Positions 48,717-61,744 of a stretch of DNA of 64,000 nucleotides are shown here, piece by piece. The stretch covers positions 82,336,001 to 82,400,000 of the forward strand of contig JAGIQG010000001.1 in assembly GCA_024679065.1 (NCBI GenBank), read 5' to 3'. The notes below the pieces were generated by a model. It ran no database searches. It was given only the letters and a program-made list of their open reading frames with translations, and was not told the origin of the DNA. Made by a program: the position numbers and the translations under genes. Position 1 is the first letter of the stretch. Every line of letters starts with the position of its first letter. This DNA comes from Sphyrna mokarran (Eukaryota).

Positions 48717-51700
48717 AAATCTATATTTCTGTATCACTACTCCAAAACTGTGAACCATGATATCAAATAACATAATTTAATCTAGTACATTCTATCCTAA
48801 TGATTATTGATTGTGTAAATTGGGCATAAAATCGTGTTGTAGCAACACATTGGGCTGAATAATATGGTGGTGGGGTTAAGGAGGAAGGGGGCAGATTAAT
48901 GGGTTGTGATGGATGGACTCAATGCCTCGGAAACAAAGTTGGTATGGAGCTGGCCCATCTGGTGCCACCCTGCCCTACAGTCAAAACATACTCTGGGCAG
49001 GTTTAACAGAGAGCATGTGAGACTTTCACCTCTTTCTCTTTGGAGCTACTGGCTATTCTAATTGACTAGTAGTTCCATGAGTCCTGTCAGCGCCAAGATC
49101 ACATCAATAGCATTGCTGGGACTGAAATAGGGATAAGGAAAAAGTGCTTGTCAGAGACTGGTAAGTCCAGTATTTTGGTCAGGGAAGGTGTGGGGATGGG
49201 GTTATGCTGCTGGCTGGTAGGATGAAGAAAAAGTAATAACACCCAATCCACAAAGGGCAACACACAGAAATAATGCTTCATATTCCTTCCTGCCCTTTGA
49301 AGAGAGGACGTAAACAATTGGGCTGCCCACTCCTGCCCCACTGCCCATGTCAATAAACTGATGGCATGGCAGTGTATTATAAAGATCAATTAGCTTGATA
49401 ACCTTGGTTCTCTATTTAAATATGGTGGGCATGCTGCTGATTTATCGGGCTTTCCTGTATTAGGGGGGTGAGCTCTAGCTGGGTGGCACACATCTTGTTT
49501 TACATGCCCCCTGCTACCAATACCATTTGCCATCTTTATTGCCTGCTATACCTGCATACTTACTATCATAACTGATGCATGAGGACTCCAAGGTCTCGCT
49601 GAATATCCACTTCTTTCAATTTACACTCATTCAAATAGAACCTGTCTTCTGATTTTGCCTTCCTCAGTGCGGAACTTTTATTCAGACTAATGAACAAAAT
49701 TCCTTTTTGAAGGTTAATTGGGGGCAGGGTGATTGCCTGCAAGGCTGAAGGTTTGTCTAGGGTTCCTAATACTCTTACATAGCACTGCTGCTAATGCAAG
49801 CTATGTTTATCTTTGTTCTCAGATGCTAGGTCTGAGCAAAGCATCTCTCACACTGCCTGCTCTTCTTGCATTTATTCTTTTAAACACATTAGGTAAGGGA
49901 ATTTCCATTGGAAAAGCCATTGTTGTAAGTAACAGGGTCAGGGAATAAGATAAATTAGAGTAATCAGAACAAAACTAATGAGAAAGTAAATTGCAACAGA
50001 GGGAGAACAGAAAAAGGAAAAGCAGTTAACCGTTTCTTTACATTACTGAACTCTTTCCATCACTTATATGCTTACTGTTATTTTGCCAAATTGGATGCCA
50101 ATTTGAATGGAAGTCCCGAATAAACAAACATTATGATGATGGTCACATAAATTGCTTGTTTGCTACATGTATGACTGGCACATTATGGAATATTAGAAGG
50201 GTACCAAAAAATTAAGAATAAAATTATCTCGACTGTCATTGAGTGCTGCTATCCCCTATGTTATAGTTATAAAACTCCAAATTGGCTCACTATGGCCATG
50301 CCATCTATGAGGACCAAAGAAAGAACATTGTGTTTATTTAATATCTTATTTGGTACTAAGTACTATGATATCTTTTTAAGCCCTTAGATTATTTCAATGT
50401 ATTTCAGAGTAAGTAGAGTGTTGCCATAATTGTAATATATGTAAAATAATGAACTTAATTAGTTGGAGATCAGGGTACTAAGGCTTGCAAACACGATCGA
50501 TAAAATTGCAGTTGTAGTCACTGCTGGTTGAGCGTGCCTTATTTTATCTGCACTTCTTCAAACACAAAATATTTTATTTGAGATGGATCTAAAGCAAGCC
50601 TATCATTAATTTACCTTTTTATTTCTTCCATGTCCCGCACCCATACAGGATTCCATAGACTGAATTTGATGATTTGTGGTTCTTTGAAGATTCATGAAAT
50701 CTGTATTGAAAGAGCTCGTAATTCACATTCCCTCTTTTTTATATTTGTTGTGCTGATCTCCTATTGATGCTTCATATATTGTCAACTGGCAATCCTTAGC
50801 AAACAATAACACAGTGAAAGGCAAAATGGCTTGAATTATAATCTAAAGGTGCACAATTCACTGTTGGGTAGAAGTGATACTGTCAGGTTGAAGAAGAATC
50901 CATTTCTCAAATGTCCAGCAAAATGTAATTGCAGGATATCCTGAAGTGGGGATTGCTTTCACAGTTAGTCGGATTGACAGGCTGGAGGTCTTTTGTGTGG
51001 AAAGCAAGCATCATAGGGCTGAAGCCTATGAGAGCAGGTAGGTTGGGACATCTTTGGTGAGGTGAGGTGTTTCTGGATCATGAAGAAGTTTGACTGTGAT
51101 AAGGTCATCAGAGGAGACATCTGGTGCTAGTCAATGGGAGTAATTGATGGTCAGTGTACGTGGGATAAGTTAATGGTTGGTAAGTGCAATTGATGCCCAG
51201 CTGTCTGATGGTCATGGGTGGAGATCAGAACATTTCTGGTGGTGAGGGAGGGGTTACTAGCTAGTGGCACTAACCTTATGGATGCAGAGAGTATCCCACC
51301 TCCGTTTGGCTGGTGAGTTTCCTGAGGCCTGGGAAACCTGGACCAAAATGTAAAAGGAAAGACACTGCTTCATTATAATAATATAAATGACTAATTCATT
51401 TCTTGTTAGCTGATTGGCTGCCTCCCTTTGGTCTGCCTCCATTAAAATCCCAGATGGTTGGGTTCAACGTGGGGTGGTTTCCCGTTCCAGATGTTTTAAA
51501 TTTGACACAACTCAACCATCCAGTTTTTGGGAATTAAATTTCAATCCTGGTGATAGGATAGATAGGGATACACGTATCAATTAGCATAACTTCAGACTTT
51601 CTATAATTGAATTAGAATCAACCATTTAAACAAAGTTCATGTAAAACTCATGCTTGACCACTTTAAGAATATTGACACTGAACTTTGAACAGAATGAATA

Positions 51701-51814
51701 AAGATCAAATCTTTAAATTTAATGAGTAAGATTTTATCAGTTTTCCCATTGACTGGCAAAGTGAGCCAGTAAAATCACACGAGAGCCGAGAAACAAGAAT
51801 CACTCCCAAGTTAT

Positions 51815-52160
51815 AAAGAACAAAGAACAACACAACACGGGAAACAGGCCCTTCGGTCCAATGAGCCTATGTCACCATTTTAATATTGTGAGTGCCCTCT
51901 TCTACCTATGATCTTTGTCTACACCTATTGGACTCCACAATAAAGGAACCATAACTAGATTGAGGGACGACTAATTTAGGGACAATTTGTTACGACCAAT
52001 CAGCCTAAGAGCACGTTTTTGGGGTGTGAGAGGAAACCAGAACAACCAGAGAAAACCCACACAAGCATGAGGAGAATGTGCAAACTCCCACAGACACTGG
52101 CTCAAATCCATGTGTCTGCATAGCAAACAGTGATAACCACTGAGCTGTCATGTTGCCCAT
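51815..52160 (-). mobile_element. V-SINE-like element with an alternative CR1-type tail (aaagaacaaagaac)
   Basis: V core gaggaaaccagaac..gagaatgtgcaaactccc; the tail resembles the CR1 end at 48390-48440. Confidence 0.65.
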
Positions 52161-52349
52161 CAGCCATTAAGCGTACATTAATGATGTGAAGCACTAGGCA
52201 TTTAGAAGCAACATCCAAAAGCAGCCCTCACACGACCCACCGCACGTATGCCCCTTGTTGGACAACAAGGCGGACTGAATCACCTGTGGATTAAAAGACA
52301 TCAATAAACACGCACAACTTATATAGACTTGGCTCTCATGATTTTACAA

Positions 52350-53040
52350 GAGCAGAATTTATGACGCGGTCAGCCTCTCGTCAAAGATGGGCAGGAGAAT
52401 AAATTTATTCAATTTTATTAAAATCTCCATTTACATCTGTTTAGTGAGCCCAGCGCTGAACTGTCCGGGTTCACTTGCCTTTACGACTTCATCATGAGAG
52501 ATTCTCTTTGGTGAGGAAGAGAGAAAAAGCAATGAACGGGGAACAGTCATATTGGCTTTACTGGTGGAACTGAAGACCATTGAGGCCCCCCAGGGAGGCT
52601 GAGGACAAGAGGGATGCCCCTTGGGCAGTGCCACCCTAACAACTTGGCACTGCTAACCTGATAGCTGGGTAATGCCCACCAGGCACCTTGGCATTGCTCA
52701 GTATGGGGGGGGGGAGGATGAGGCATGTGGGGTGGGGCCTGAAGTAGATGGGTCTGAAGGAGCAACCCAATGAAAAGGGAGGGGGCTACTGCTGTCACTC
52801 TGCAACACAATCAGTTGGAGGGGGAAGGTGATGTGATTGGTCTGGACAGTGGGGGCAGCAGAGAAGGGGGTGGCATCTCAGGTGGGGCTTGTGATCAATC
52901 ACAGATTCCCACATTTGTGGGTAGGAGGTGGCTGTGTTAGATTGCTTGTAGCAGCAGAAGCCTGACATCACTCTCTCTGTCAGACCCCTGCTGTTGGAAT
53001 TATGCATGTGCAACATCAGGTTTCTGCACATGCGCAATAG
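52350..53040. mobile_element. GC-rich MITE-like (Harbinger-type) element
   Basis: gagcagaattttatg start, four GGCANTGCC-like motifs, G-rich interior, tgcacatgcgca motif shared with other copies. Confidence 0.55.
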
Positions 53041-53867
53041 CTTCTTCGACAGGAGCAGAAGTGGGCATTGAACCCATCGAGTCTATTTTGTCATTCAATG
53101 AGATCATGTTTAGCCTGATATAATAATCTCAGCTTCACTTTCCCACCTTGTCCCCCTAATCTTGATTCCTTTACTGATTAAAAATCTTCTTATCTCAGCC
53201 TTGAACATAGTTAAAAATCCCGTCACTTCAGCAGCAGAGTGAGGTAGATAAGGGTTTCATTCTGCTGTACTTGATGATACTGTGCCTTTTAAGAAACATG
53301 TTTCTTATGAAATTCAGCTTTGTTTCACTCGGTGCCAATTTGTCTATGAAACAGATAGTTCACATGCTGAGAATGCAGGTTTAATTTTAGCTAGAGATGT
53401 ATTTTTTTTAAAGTAAGTTAATGCATTTTTGTATATTTGGTTTTTCCCCTGTGGTTTCAGAATTGGGTTTTGGTTAGATTGACTGACAGGGTCATGTGCT
53501 TAAAGGGAGGAGCTAAGTTTAAAGGGAAAAGCAAGAAGTTACTGCCAGCTTTTGAAAGAAGGAAGAGGCGTATCTTTCTCTCTCTCTCTCTTTCTCGTTG
53601 GAGGCTGCTCTTTGGGATGTGCTGGCAGAAATAGGTATCTCTCTCTCTCCCTACAGAGGTGATGCGATCATAATGTGATGAAGCAATCATGATGGGGCAA
53701 ATGGTGGCTGGCAGCTGCCTATGAATTTCATATAGCTCTGGGTATAGTGCTCTCCTTCTCCCTGGTTCCACAACAAAATTAGTTAATAAACATTTCAGAA
53801 ATGTTAACATTTGTTTCAGGTATGGTTCCCGAATACTTGTACAGTATAGAAACCATTACCAGCAGGG

Positions 53868-53915
53868 CTTCTGCTGCCGAATGTACATACACTTCTGCTG
53901 CCGAATGTACATACA
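53868..53915. repeat. 24-bp perfect tandem duplication
   Basis: cttctgctgccgaatgtacataca x2. Confidence 0.95.
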
Positions 53916-54252
53916 CATATTCAATACTTAAGCATCTGTTTTATATTTGTGAAATGGGAATAGCTCCAATGGGCTTTGCCACTTTAAATGATGTTATCGT
54001 ACAAAACATAAATTTTCACCCAACCTTACTCGAACTCCAAGTTTTTTTTGGGCCACAGTTTGGCTGGAGTGCCCTGACAAACATTTTGAATTCACTGACA
54101 CCACAAATGAAGGTTATTGTACAAATAAAAGTCTACTTGATACCAAAGAATAGCTTATATATATGAATATTACAAAAAGGCATTTGTTTACCATTGCTGT
54201 TCTTGTGCTTGTATTCCTCTTCCAATAAAACAATGTATTTTCTCAATTAAAG

Positions 54253-54512
54253 GTATAACAACAGTTCTAACCATGACAACGCTGAGCATCAGTGCTCGCC
54301 ATTCTCTGCCAAAGGTCTCCTATGCCACAGCCATGGACTGGTTCATTGCAGTCTGCTTTGCATTTGTCTTCTCTGCTCTAATTGAATTTGCTGCTGTTAA
54401 CTACTTCACAAATATACAAGCCGAAAAAGCCAAAAAAAGGGCATCCAAGCCTTCAGCTACATCTTCACCGACTCCGATAAAGACAGTGTCTGCTTCAGAG
54501 GTTGTACTTCAG
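54253..54512 (+). CDS. gabra4: gabra4 coding exon 8 (TM2, TM3, start of the intracellular loop)
   Basis: 260 bp, aattaaAG / CAG|GTaata. Encodes [66 protein letters not shown]. Confidence 0.96.
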
Positions 54513-55621
54513 GTAATAGCTTTATCAGTAGTTACTGTAATGATGTTGAATGATGCAACTGAAAAAATACCTTTAATTTTCAAAGCAATGCAGCTCCTTC
54601 CATGTTGTTGCTGTTAAAACTTATTAGACATCCCCCATCACTGAATTTAACCAGTCAGCAACTGAAATCAAGGGTTAGATTTCCCATCCCCACAAGTGAA
54701 AAATTACATTGGTGAGCAAAGTCCACTGCAGGAATCTCCACATCATTGGTGGCGAAAGGAATAGGTGGGTAGGACCCAGGTCTGGAATCCTCCCCCCATT
54801 TTAAACATTCACCATCTTCACCAACAAGTGGGTAGGTCAGGAACTAACGTGCACAACAAGGGACTGCTGAAGTAATCCTTTTTCTGTTTAGAGAGAGTCA
54901 TGCAAGTTCAGAAGACAATGTAGCTCATGCCTCCTCAGTGCAATTGGCAACACAGTAAGAAACCCCTGAGCAATGTACAAAAACCCTGAAAAAGGTGCAA
55001 GTAAAGAAACTTTTGCTGCACTTTGGCCAGAAAAGCCTCTGGAAGATCCTAGATTTGAAACAGTAGGAGAAGAATGAAGACAGGATTGTGGTACCTGCAT
55101 AAAAAAGAGTCTGAACAAATTTCTATCACCAATGGGGCATCAATCCATCCAGGCTAAATCTTAACCCCAAGAGAAGAAGTCTGCCATTGGATATGGATAC
55201 AGCTCTCTTATATCTGCATGCCTTTCAGGCCAAGCAGCTGCAGCAGTAGTTTTGCATGCCAGGAAGAAAGATTTTCAGGCAGCAAGAGTCATAACACCAG
55301 CAGCCAACATCAAGGAGGAGAAGAAGCTAAAAATAGTCCAAGCTTCGTATGTTCATATAATTGCATCAGACTCACTTATCTGGGGTGTCTGAACATCACT
55401 GCAGGAAGATGAAGATGACTGTGGTTGTGAACTTCTTCACCTTGGCTTCATTTCAGTGTTTGCTGCTGATCCCTGTGGAATATCTCAGTTGTTTGCTCAC
55501 CCCTGCTTCCTTGCTGTTGTAGATGCCATCTTCAAAGAAGTCATTGTCTTCATCAGTTTCCTGACCTGGCAAAGACAGAGGATTTCCTGTAAATAGTCAG
55601 CTTTCCCCAGGTCCATGGCAT

Positions 55622-56638
55622 CATAGAACATAGAACATTACAGCGCAGAACAGGCCCTTCGGCCTTTGATGTTGCGCCGACCAATTAAGAAAAAGCAATG
55701 ACCCTCTAACCTAAACCATTCCCTTTTCGTCCATAAGCTTATCTACTAACCTCTTAAACGCCACCAAACTTGGCGCATCTACAACGGCAGCAGGCAGGGC
55801 ATTCCATACCCTTACCACCCTCTGGGTAAAGAACCTACCTCTGACATCCGTCCTATAACCACCACCCCTTAATTTAAAGCTATGTCCCCTTGTGCTAGCT
55901 TTCTCCATCCTAGGAAAAGGGCTATCACTGTCCACCCTATCTAAACCTCTAATCATCTTATATGTTTCAATAAGTTCTCCTCTTAGCCGCCTTCTTTCTA
56001 ACGAAAACAACCTCAAATCCCTCAGCCTCTCTTCATAAGACCTGCCCTCCATACCAGGCAACATCCTGGTAAACCTCCTCTGTACCCTCTCCAATGCGTC
56101 CACATTATAATGTGGGGACCAGAACTGTACACAATACTCCAAGTGCGGCCGCACTAGAGTTTTGTACAGTTGCAACATGACGTTGCGGCTCCGAAAATCA
56201 ATCCCCCTACCAATAAAAGCTAAGACTCCATATGCCTTCTTAACAACCTTATCGACTTGACTGCCTACTTTCAGGGATCTATGCACAAATACACCAAGAT
56301 CCCTCTGTTCATCAACACTATTAAGAATCCTAACATTAGCCCTATACTCTACACATTTATTATTCCTGCCAAAGTGCATTACCTCACACTTTTCCACATT
56401 AAACTCCATTTGCCACCTCTCAGCCCAGCTCTGCAACTTGTCCAAGTCTCTCTGCAAACTATAACACCCCTCTTCACTATCTACCACTCCTCCGACTTTG
56501 GTGTCATCCGAAAATTTACTAATCCATCCTTCAATACCCTCATCCAGATCATTTATAAAAATTACAAACAGCAGGAGCCCCAAAACAGATCCCTGAGGTA
56601 CACCTGTATATACAGATCCCTGAGGTACACCTATATAC
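55622..56638 (-). mobile_element. Young 5'-truncated CR1 with a 309-aa open RT C-terminal frame
   Basis: ORF 55711-56640: GVPQGSVLG, SKFSDDTK, WQMEFNVEKC, LEYCVQFWSPH, with a (catagaa)n tail. Confidence 0.95.
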
Positions 56639-56725
56639 ATAGTCTATTGGTATAGACTATGATCAGGGATCATAGTCTATACCCATATAGCCGAGAAGGC
56701 AGCTATGGAAAGACCAAACATAATG

Positions 56726-56850
56726 GGCAGAATTTTGCCGGCATGCCACTCCCAATTCTGGAGACAGGCACGGCTCGGAGAATGGCATTCTCCGTTGGCC
56801 TCAGGCGGGATTGTGTGAAACTTGGGCAGACGTGCTGGTAAAACTTTGCC
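56726..56850. mobile_element. Small MITE with GGGC-starting TIRs
   Basis: gggcagaattttgcc ... ggtaaaactttgccc. Confidence 0.7.
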
Positions 56851-59540
56851 CATTAATTTACAAGAGGGATACCATTGCAGCAGTGTCGTGGTCTGTGATC
56901 ATAGGAGGAGCTTGCATGTTTGTGAATGCTTTCAGGAGATTGCCAGGACTCGTGAGTCAAAGCTGTCTCAGCTCCTCTTCCCCAACTCATAATGGATGGA
57001 TTCTTGGATATAAAGGCTACTCTCTGAGGAGGTAGTTTCTGCCCACACTGAGGGGTCTTCTAACAGAGTCCTAGCATTAGAACAATGAAAGCCACTCTCA
57101 CACTAGGACACTGGATAAGCAGGTAATATTTGCTTGCCAGTTTTTCTTGCATGATCATCATGTGCTGCACATGGTACACCAGATGGATGTGATACTTGAG
57201 GAGACAAAGTACTATGGAGGAACATATCACTGGAAGAAAAAGAGGGAGACTAAGAAGGAAATGGAGAATGTGAGCCAGTGGAGGCAGAAAGACAAGGTGG
57301 ACCACACAGATATGACACAGGATGGGGCCAGAAGACATGGAAAGGAATTAAAGCAGGCTACTATTGTTGCAAGGAACACACTGATCCAGCAGCAGGTCAA
57401 GTGAGGATATCTTGTGTAACAGATGATGGAGCACAAAACTGGTACTGGACAAAGTCTTTACATGGACAGAAACCAAGTCAACATCCTTCCCATTATAGCT
57501 GTCACAAAGCTGCTCTACTAGCTGCAGTCTCCATTGCCCCTCTATGTGAAACTGATGATTCTAGCATATATTGTAACTACTCTTTTGTATAGATCTGTAA
57601 ATAGCATGTAAAACATTACATAAACCAATACATATCAACATACAAATTAGGAGCATGAATAGGCCACTAGGCCCTTTGAATTTGCCTTGTCATTCATACT
57701 TGATCTGACGATAATCTCGACCTTACATTCCTATTTACAAACAGATGCTGATTTTAACTTTTCAATGATTGGTTGATGGAGCCTTTCATTCAAACAGTGA
57801 TGAGATCAAAACACATGTTTTGGTTACCCAATGAGCAAACCTTTGAAATTTGCCTAACTTGGGCAAATATATTCAACTCAGGGCCACTTAGTTGCAGGTT
57901 GTAGTGTACAGAAAAGGGTTGCTATCACTAACAGGCGGAGCCTGAGGCTGCAGCAGGCCAGATTATCTTTTCGGAGCTTCACAGAGCACACTCCACCTCA
58001 TTCTATCTTGCAAAATAATGGGAGTCCAATGTTAGCCATAGATTCCAGATTTGCATATTAAAGGGAGCCTGAAGTGTAGGTGTTTCAGTTGCCCAGTAGT
58101 AGGTTTTATGAAACTGGTATAGGCGGTTTATTGGAATTTATTGGGAAGTAACTCTTTTTGAATCCTTTACCAACCCAGCAACATCAATTTCAGCACGTTA
58201 CAATCAATCACGCGCTCATTCACTCATAGGTGAAATCATATTTATTTTTCTATCTGGCTGGTAATGTGGAAGAGCTTATCGATCTACCTATGCTAGAATC
58301 CACCCAATTCTTGTACCATTGATTTCAATGGGATAAAAATTTGGTGGGTTGTCCGCTGGATGGATGACCCATTCCTCCAGATCACTACTAATGTCCACCC
58401 AGCTTACATCATTTCAAAAAAAGGATCAATGTAACCCTTACTTGACTAAAGCTTTTAAGATTAGTCCTGTCAACTTCAAATAATTTTTAAAAAATGGATC
58501 AGAAAATTCTTGAGGCTAAAGAGAAAAATTCTATATCTGTAGCTGATTGCTCAGTACTCATGCACCTTGGGAAAGACTGACAATAACTATGATAATTAAC
58601 CTCATGTGGACAAGTTGATTTTGCTAAGATGGAACTCTGCATCTCAAGGGCATTTCTGGGCCTCAGGTATGTGTCCTTGACAGAGCAGTCCATTCATACC
58701 TTCTCAATTTTACCTTAAAAATCAAATTGTGATAGTTGGAAGATGAACAAGGCAATACCATATTATTTTTCAAACCTTCAACTTTTCTATAATCTTAGGC
58801 TAAATGATCGGGTGTGGAAATTGTAGCTATTTTCACACCTCCAACTAACCAATATTAGCTATCTCTGTGCAGACTGAACCTTAGAAAGTCCTGGTCTGTG
58901 ACCTTCAGAATCCTATTGAACAAATTTACACATAGTTTGCATATATATTTACCATTTATAGTAATTTCCCTTCTTCTCAGTATAATCTATCCAATTATGC
59001 AACTCGTCTGCTTGCAGGCATTCAACTTGGATGATTTGAATGGGAATGATAAGCATGCAAAAGCAATTTGAGTATAAAATGCTCTCAAATTTCCCTTTGC
59101 TGTGGAAGAACAATTCTGTTCTGTGTAGCCCTTTGTTGTTACAGCCACCTGTGGATTGGCATTCTACTTTGTGAAGTACAGATGCACATCAATGAGTAAA
59201 ATGGGTAAAATATATTTGTCTGGACAATAAGCTTTCCTTCAGCATCAACATCAGTATTCTCACATCTACTGGGCTTCAATAGTTTGGTTTTGAAAATGGA
59301 CTGGACAGACATTTAAAGAATTGGTTTCCTTGAGATTATTGCTGAGAATCCAGATTCTAAAGTTTTCTCTGATTAAATGGTTCAGTTTTATCTGATGAAC
59401 AGCTAAAAACATTTAGCTTAAGAAACATTTTTGTTGGTTGATCCTCAAAATCCATGACATGTAATGATTTTCAGCCAATAAATGCAGTGTCAATTCTTAC
59501 TTTCTGCTATTGAAACAATTCTTTCTCCCTTCTCTTAAAG

Positions 59541-60086
59541 CACCCTGACTCAAATGGCAATTTGAGAAAGAGAATGAACTTCTTGGTGCAATCTGATATT
59601 CTTGGCAGTCAAAGAGATCACTTGGGAAATGATAGCAAGAACGTAACACCAAGATCATCCATAATTGGCCAGGTACCTCCCTCAACTATTGCGCCGCCCT
59701 CTTCTCTGCCAAGTCCCAGTAAATTTGGGCACACCCATGCATCCCCGACAACGGCGTTGAAGAGAAGCACACCACCACCTCCTCCTTGCACTCCCACAAT
59801 AAGCTCACTGAGACCCACACCGGTTCATCGCCAATCTGGAGCAGCACTTGAACAAAATCTGCCACCACCATCCAGACAATTTGGACAAACCTCGAAGCAT
59901 TCTTCACCCACCATTCTTGTGTCAGCCACAGCACCCCCTGCAGCTTCACCTGCGAATAGTGGGACCAGTAAAATTGACAAATATGCTCGCATACTTTTTC
60001 CGGTAACATTTGGTGCATTTAACATGGTCTACTGGGTAGTCTACCTCTCCAAAGATACCATGGAAAAAACAGAAGGTGATTTGTAA
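59541..60086 (+). CDS. gabra4: gabra4 coding exon 9 (intracellular loop, TM4, stop)
   Basis: Polypyrimidine tract + ttaaAG, phase 0. Encodes [55 protein letters not shown], the alpha4-type C-terminus. Confidence 0.95.
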   Translation, partial: HPDSNGNLRKRMNFLVQSDILGSQRDHLGNDSKNVTPRSSIIGQVPPSTIAPPSSLPSPSKFGHTHASPTTALKRSTPPPPPCTPTISSLRPTPVHRQSGAALEQNLPPPSRQFGQTSKHSSPTILVSATAPPAASPANSGTSKIDKYARILFPVTFGAFNMVYWVVYLSKDTMEKTEGDL

Positions 60087-61744
60087 TTTTGCTGCTACAG
60101 AAAAAATAGTATTATCTTTTAGAACAATTCCTAATCCATGGAATAATGCAGGGGTTTCATTTAAGGTTTATTAATCTATTGTGTACAGACAGCAGGGTTC
60201 TCAGTAATGGCTGATTTCAATTGAACAGTACTCACATACATAGAACTACCATAGCTTATTGCTGAGGATAAGTTTGTATTGCAGTTGTTATCCTCCAACA
60301 TGGCATAATGATTTGCCTAAGACTCAAATAAAGAATTAGAAAGTGGAATGTTCGAAGGTAATCAGCATTGAAAAGAAAGGGGTGGCACAAAGAATAAACA
60401 CAGATAAACATCTGTATTTTAAAAAAACAGTAATACAAGAAATACACTGCAGGCTCATCAGTGTCTGAAGGAGAAATAACAAATTCATGTTACCAGCAAC
60501 ATCTGGACGCCTTCTTCAGAATTTCTGCTCTTATGTCTGGATTCAAGTCAAGTTAAAGTAATTTTTAATTCTGCAGCTTGAAAATCCACTCAACAAAAGA
60601 TGAAATTTTCTGTGGCAGTTTGATATATTTTAACGTGATGTCCTCTTTTTCAGGCTAGCCACAACATAAAAAAGAAAAATAATTCACCTTTGATATTTTT
60701 ATAGTAACGATTATTTTCAAATTATATTTTGTTTTACGGTACGTTTGGAAACAGCAACAAAATTTTTAAAAGTACGTGTTTCTAATAGCTGGAAAAGTGC
60801 CTATGTAGTCTTGATAGAAATAGAATGTAGCTAAAATAGGACGAAGTCAGAATATTAACAGTGAACCCACGTTTACTTCAAGTGGCAGGGAAGAGACACA
60901 CCTTTGAGTCAATCAAACCTGATAAAAACAGAACACTTAAACCATAAGGCAAGAGAAAATTTTCATTGTATTCATATTCCACTTCAATCCACAATGCTCC
61001 CACACCATGATGTCAGGCTGCACAAGGACTTGGCCATGTTCAGTGATTTATTTTGTTGATTATATATTACTATATAGCTGAATCCATTTCATTTTCTGAA
61101 ATGGGAATGTTAATGGCTTGAGAAATGGATACCTAACACAGGTGTTAGACACTTTATGTATGTCAATAAAGGACCTTATGCCTGTTTTTGGCCCCTTGAT
61201 AAAATTGGCCTGTTTTGAGTAGCTATAGGCCTGTTCCACTCAGGATTGTTCAGTGACTGCCATGGCCTAAGTAGTGTCTGCCTAACTATGTAGCCCAGTG
61301 TGGACAAATTGCCAACTTGGTTTCTGAAACTGGCTGCTGATATAGTTCTATCCCTTGTTTAATTTTTCTAAATCCATCATACTGATCACTTTATTCACCA
61401 CGTTCATCAATTTCTCTACTCTCTAGGAATGTATCTAGTCCAATATTCTTTGAAAATGTTTGCTTTGATGATCTTTCCTAGCTCCTTCTTTCACAACACT
61501 ACTGTCCTTTGTGGGACTAAAAAGTTCACTTTACATGTCTATTATTTTTCTCAATTATTATCCTTCCAATTTTATCCATCAATTTCTTCCCTCAGTGAGG
61601 TATTTAACTTTACGGGTAAGAGGTATTATCTGCTATGTTAGTTAAGTGAGAAGTGAAACAGTGAATGTTTATGTTGGGTCTTCCTTTACCTCTTTCTTAA
61701 CTCTTTTCCATATGGCCTTTTTCAGAGCTGAAGATGTGCATGAC

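Larger units (their letters stand above)
55190..57400 (+). pseudogene. Decayed PIF/Harbinger (HARBI1-like) DDE transposase, interrupted by a CR1 and a MITE
   Basis: Ordered motifs read across frameshifts: KMTVVVNFFTLASFQ, ADPCGISQ, VVDAIF, SFPQVHGII|, |IIVYTHIA, GYHCSSVVVCDH, GDCQDS, GWILGYKGYSLRR, NESHSHTR, IIMCC, then an acidic tract and ARNTLIQ. Confidence 0.8.

Noticed and set aside
54345-54347. Position homologous to the GABRA3 I/M A-to-I recoding site in TM3 (WFIAVC)
   Set aside because: The codon is ATT, not ATA, so third-position editing cannot give Met.
55711-56640. 309-aa ORF as a host gene or functional reverse transcriptase
   Set aside because: It is a 5'-truncated CR1 ORF2 lacking the endonuclease and N-terminal RT motifs, and its ATG comes from junction filler.
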